10,519 nucleotides of DNA from an uncultured bacterium (GTDB taxonomy: Bacteria > Krumholzibacteriota > Krumholzibacteriia > Krumholzibacteriales > Krumholzibacteriaceae): positions 1 to 10,519 of the forward strand of contig CBDUYR010000074.1 of the NCBI GenBank assembly GCA_965371515.1, given 5' to 3'. Below the pieces are notes generated by a model. It was given only the letters and a program-made list of their open reading frames with translations. It was not told where the DNA came from and did no database searches. How positions within the stretch are numbered: position 1 is the stretch's first letter; the number at the start of each line of letters is the position of its first letter. This document shows positions 7,023 through 10,519 of this stretch, one piece after another. The position numbers and the translations under genes are program-made.

Positions 7023-7073
7023 TTTGTCAGATTTTTTGCAAGATAGATTGCATCATTTGTAAGATATATTTCA
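7023..7073. promoter_or_regulatory. Array of three operator-like repeats
   Basis: TTTGTCAGAT (7023), TTTGCAAGAT (7035), TTTGTAAGAT (7056). Each extends to a 16-bp TG-N12-CA box; TGCAA-N6-TTGCA at 7037-7052 has perfect palindromic arms. Confidence 0.5.
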
Positions 7074-7087
7074 ATAATTGCGGGTTC

Positions 7088-8464
7088 TCAACTTTTCTCG
7101 TCCTTATCGCCGCGCAGATCGATACTGTACTTCTCGAGCTTCTTGTAGAGGTTGCTGCGCTGCATCCCCAGATGCCGAGCAGTCTTCGACACGTTGCCGT
7201 TGTTCTCGCGCAGCTTCTTGACGAGAAACTCCCTCTCGGTGAAGTCCCTGAATTCCTGGTATGTCTGCAGACCGAACGGGTCCTTCATCATGTCCTCTTC
7301 CCTCGTCAACACGAGCGGGGGCATATCCTCGCGCCTGATCGTATCGGACAGCGTCAGGATGCAGAGCCTCTCGATGAGGTTCCTCAACTCCCTTACGTTT
7401 CCCGGCCAGGAGTACTCGACCATCATCTCGAGAGCCTTCCTGTCGACCTTCTTCGGCGCGGTCCCAAGCTCGGCCGCGACCTGATCGAGAAAGTGGGAGA
7501 TGAGCATCGGGATGTCCGACCTGCGGTCGCGTAGCGGCGGTAACTCTACCGGAACGACATTCAGCCTGTAGAAGAGGTCCTCCCTGAAGTTACCCTTTCC
7601 CGCCTCTTCGAGCAGATTCTTGTTCGAGGCCGCGATTACCCGCACGTCTACTTTCTTGGTCTCGGTCCCCCCTACCCTCTCGAACACAAATTCCTGCAGG
7701 ACCCGCAGGACTTTCGCCTGGGCGGACAGGCTCATGTCCCCGACTTCGTCGAGGAAGAGCGTCCCGCCGTCCGCGAGCTCGAACTTCCCTATCCTCTTCG
7801 ATACGGCACCGGTGAACGACCCCTTCTCGTGGCCAAACAGTTCGCTCTCGATCAGTTCCTCCGGTATGGCGGCGCAGTTCACCTCTATGAACGGCTCGGA
7901 GTTCCTCTTGCTGAGTTCGTGCAGCTTCCTCGCAACAAGCTCCTTGCCCGTCCCGTTCTCGCCCGTGATCAGGACCCTCGCTCCGGTCGGTGCCACACGC
8001 CCGATCGTCTCAAGGATCTCATTTATCGAATGATGCTCTCCGATTATCTCGGTACCGCCCGGTATCCTTTCGCGGAGCTCGACGTTCTGCTGCCTCAACG
8101 CTCCCTGCTTCAGTCCGTTCCTTACGGTCAGCAGGAGCCTGTCGAGATCGATCGGCTTTTCTATGAAGTCGAACGCACCGAGCTTGGTCGCCTCGACGGC
8201 GGTGGAAATGTTGCCGTGTCCCGATATGATTATGACCGGCAGCTCTTCCATCATCTCCTTGAGTTTCTGCAGTACCTCGAGCCCGTCCATGCCGGGCATC
8301 TTGATGTCGAGCAGGACGATGTCGATCCTCTCGTTGACCACCATCTCGAGGGCAGAAGGGCCGTCGGGTGCCGAAAACGTCTTGTATTTCTCGTAGGAGA
8401 GGAGCTTCTCGAGCGAGCTCCTTATGCTCGCCTCGTCATCGACTACCAGGACTCTCTTGCTCAT
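7088..8464 (-). CDS. Sigma-54-dependent response regulator, NtrX/NtrC-like (REC-AAA+-HTH; ~458 aa)
   Basis: ATG 8464 follows GGGGGT; TTG 8470 is an alternative start. REC motifs VLVVDDE, LLDIKMP, ISGHG and FIEKP. Also GENGTGKE, ESELFGHEKGSFTGA, LFLDEVG, FYRLN, WPGNVREL and HTH NVSKTARHLGMQRSNLYKKL. Confidence 0.95.
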   Translation of the reverse strand: MSKRVLVVDDEASIRSSLEKLLSYEKYKTFSAPDGPSALEMVVNERIDIVLLDIKMPGMDGLEVLQKLKEMMEELPVIIISGHGNISTAVEATKLGAFDFIEKPIDLDRLLLTVRNGLKQGALRQQNVELRERIPGGTEIIGEHHSINEILETIGRVAPTGARVLITGENGTGKELVARKLHELSKRNSEPFIEVNCAAIPEELIESELFGHEKGSFTGAVSKRIGKFELADGGTLFLDEVGDMSLSAQAKVLRVLQEFVFERVGGTETKKVDVRVIAASNKNLLEEAGKGNFREDLFYRLNVVPVELPPLRDRRSDIPMLISHFLDQVAAELGTAPKKVDRKALEMMVEYSWPGNVRELRNLIERLCILTLSDTIRREDMPPLVLTREEDMMKDPFGLQTYQEFRDFTEREFLVKKLRENNGNVSKTARHLGMQRSNLYKKLEKYSIDLRGDKDEKS

Positions 8465-9458
8465 CGACAAGGTACCCCCGTTCCATTATTCCATCGTCTG
8501 TTCCGTCACCCAGCACAACGCCCCATCTGAGATCCCGGGCCGTTACAGTCATTCTCTCAGCCTGCAGGGCGCGGACTATTCCTTTTATTATCGCGAAACC
8601 GGGCAGAAGCAACCGGATCCTCTCAGACGACAGGGGAAGCATCCTCTCCCTGCCTGAACTGATAAGAGCGGTCAGTCTTCTGCCGACCAGATTCAACTCG
8701 CCGGCCGACATTTCCACAGGCCCCAGGCTGTCGTAACATTCCACGTGCATCTGCTTCCACACGATGGCAAGGCTGACGGCCGTCCCACCGGTAAGCATGA
8801 TTGTAGGACTTTCCTCTGTGCCGGGCAAGGGTGAATCCCCCGATGGGATCCCGGCGTCTTTCAGTATACGAGCTGTCCGGGAAGGTGCTTGCCGGGCATT
8901 TAACCCTGTGGAAGCCCGCACCGTATGTGTTCCGACCGGTATCGACACGAAGGAGGCCGCCGCCGGCGCGGCGCCCCACGACACCTCAGTGCTCGTCCCG
9001 CCAGCATCGGCGAGTATAGCCGGTTCGCCCGTGCGCAGGCCCTGGGTCGCTCCGGCGAATCCGAGGAAGGCCTCCCCCCTCTCCGACAGCACCTTGATAT
9101 CCACACCGGTCCGTTTCTCGAGAAGTGCCTTGACCTCATCTCGGTTGTCAGCCCGGCGCAGTGCATTGGTGGAAACTACCGTCAGGCGCACATCGCTCCG
9201 GCCAACCATATCCCCTGAGAGTCTTTCGAGAACATCCGCGGCCCGGCCTGCGGTCGGACGTGAGATCGATCCGGTGGCGGTTATCTCTTCCCCCCACCCG
9301 ACATAGATCCTCTCCTGAAAGTAATTACTGACGCTTTTCCCGCCCCGGCCGGACTCGACGTCAACAGAGAGCATCCTGAAGTAGCTGCTACCGAGGTCGA
9401 TGCAGCACCTTGTCTCTTTTTTCCCTTTCGACTTCGCTGTTGTATTCACTATCATCAT
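8436..9458 (-). CDS. Ppx/GppA family phosphatase, short form without HD domain
   Basis: ASKHA motifs IDLGSSYFR, STNALRRADN, EAFLGFAGA, DAGGTSTEV, GGTA and DLRWG. Start uncertain (ATG 9458, ATG 9455 or GTG 9449). The 3' end overlaps the regulator by 29 nt. Confidence 0.85.
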   Translation of the reverse strand: MMIVNTTAKSKGKKETRCCIDLGSSYFRMLSVDVESGRGGKSVSNYFQERIYVGWGEEITATGSISRPTAGRAADVLERLSGDMVGRSDVRLTVVSTNALRRADNRDEVKALLEKRTGVDIKVLSERGEAFLGFAGATQGLRTGEPAILADAGGTSTEVSWGAAPAAASFVSIPVGTHTVRASTGLNARQAPSRTARILKDAGIPSGDSPLPGTEESPTIMLTGGTAVSLAIVWKQMHVECYDSLGPVEMSAGELNLVGRRLTALISSGRERMLPLSSERIRLLLPGFAIIKGIVRALQAERMTVTARDLRWGVVLGDGTDDGIMERGYLVDEQESPGSR

Positions 9459-9472
9459 ATTTGGGAGAAACC

Positions 9473-10516
9473 ATGACTGACAGGATGAACATAAAGAACA
9501 TGTCGCCCTCGCAGATCGCGGCTGCGGTAGCGGAGATGGGGGAGCAAAGGCACAGGACGAGACAGATCATGCAATGGATCTGGCAGAAGGGAGCGGCCTC
9601 GTTCGACGAGATGACCAGCCTTTCCCTCGACCTTCGCACCAGGCTCAGCGAGCGCTTCCGTGTACCGAAAATGCGTGTGGCAGGGAGTTTATCTTCCAGT
9701 ACGGACAGAAGCCAGAAGTTTCTGCTTGAGTGCGAGGACGGCGCCGTGGTGGAAGTAGTCCTGATGGAGGCACGGGAGATCCACACCATATGCGTCTCCA
9801 GTCAGGTCGGGTGCCCCCTCGCCTGCTCCTTCTGCAGGACGGGTGTCGGCGGGCTCGAGAGAGATCTCACCACTGGAGAGATACTCGACCAGATCCTCTA
9901 CTTCAGGCTGCATCACATACCGCCTCGCCGCAGGTTCAACATAGTCTTCATGGGAATGGGCGACCCGCTTCTCAACACAGCGAACGTCTTCCCCGCCCTG
10001 GAGATCCTCAATCATCAGGACGGATTCGCGCTGCGCGAGAAGAGGATCACCGTCAGCACTATCGGATTCCCCGACCGTATAAGGGAGCTCGAATCGAGCG
10101 GACTGCGCGCGGGGCTGGCCGTCTCCCTCAATGCCGTCGATAACCGCACAAGAAAACGACTGATGCCGGCGGCCGCAGGCATAGACGAGACGCTCGCTGC
10201 CGCCGAGGAATATGCAATAAGCAGAAATATGAGGACGACTCTCGAATACGTTCTGATCGCAGGAGTGAACGACTCTCGCGAAGACGCTCTCGGACTGGTC
10301 TCGCTGACCTCGGGCAGGCCTTTCAAGATAAACATAATCCCCTTCAACGAATGGGAGGGCTGCAGCCTGAAGAGGCCCGGCGAGGAGACGATCGACAGGT
10401 TCATAAAGATACTTCTGCCGTCGGCGCCTGCTGTCACGGTCCGGAGAAGTCAGGGCGGCGATATCGGTGCGGCTTGCGGCCAGCTGAGGGCCGACCGCGG
10501 TGAATACGGAATCTAG
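9473..10516 (+). CDS. rlmN: 23S rRNA (A2503-C2)/tRNA methyltransferase RlmN, radical SAM (~347 aa)
   Basis: ATG 9473 follows GGGAGA. TICVSSQVGCPLACSFC (CxxxCxxC plus the upstream catalytic Cys), NIVFMGMGDP, EYVLIAGVND, NIIPFN and C-terminal DIGAACGQL. Confidence 0.95.
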   Translation: MTDRMNIKNMSPSQIAAAVAEMGEQRHRTRQIMQWIWQKGAASFDEMTSLSLDLRTRLSERFRVPKMRVAGSLSSSTDRSQKFLLECEDGAVVEVVLMEAREIHTICVSSQVGCPLACSFCRTGVGGLERDLTTGEILDQILYFRLHHIPPRRRFNIVFMGMGDPLLNTANVFPALEILNHQDGFALREKRITVSTIGFPDRIRELESSGLRAGLAVSLNAVDNRTRKRLMPAAAGIDETLAAAEEYAISRNMRTTLEYVLIAGVNDSREDALGLVSLTSGRPFKINIIPFNEWEGCSLKRPGEETIDRFIKILLPSAPAVTVRRSQGGDIGAACGQLRADRGEYGI

Positions 10517-10519
10517 TAT

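Noticed and set aside
9473..10516. Cfr resistance methyltransferase
   Set aside because: CVSSQVGC-type motif and housekeeping context with host-like GC fit RlmN; a phylogeny would be needed to claim otherwise.

Overview
Bacterial chromosomal window, probably from an FCB-superphylum lineage such as Krumholzibacteriota, Latescibacterota or Eisenbacteria (inferred only from the NYPNPFNP-type C-terminal sorting domain and protein style). Left to right: the 5' end of a lipoprotein gene (-) under a near-consensus sigma-54 promoter; a ~1 kb non-coding region with a candidate ~100-nt structured sRNA and a long inverted repeat; a lower-GC secreted protein with 14 beta-propeller repeats and a T9SS-type-A/FlgD-Ig tail (+); a minus-strand run of ppx/gppA-like, an NtrX/NtrC-like response regulator, a small secreted acidic protein and a 1015-aa TPR-(GAF-like)-sigma54 activator; and a divergent rlmN (+). 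The most interesting candidate is the small secreted protein and TPR-sigma54 activator pair. It has its own sigma-70 promoter and upstream operator-like repeats, and it resembles an RRNPP-like peptide-sensing system wired to sigma-54. This is a hypothesis from architecture and gene order, not a demonstrated function.
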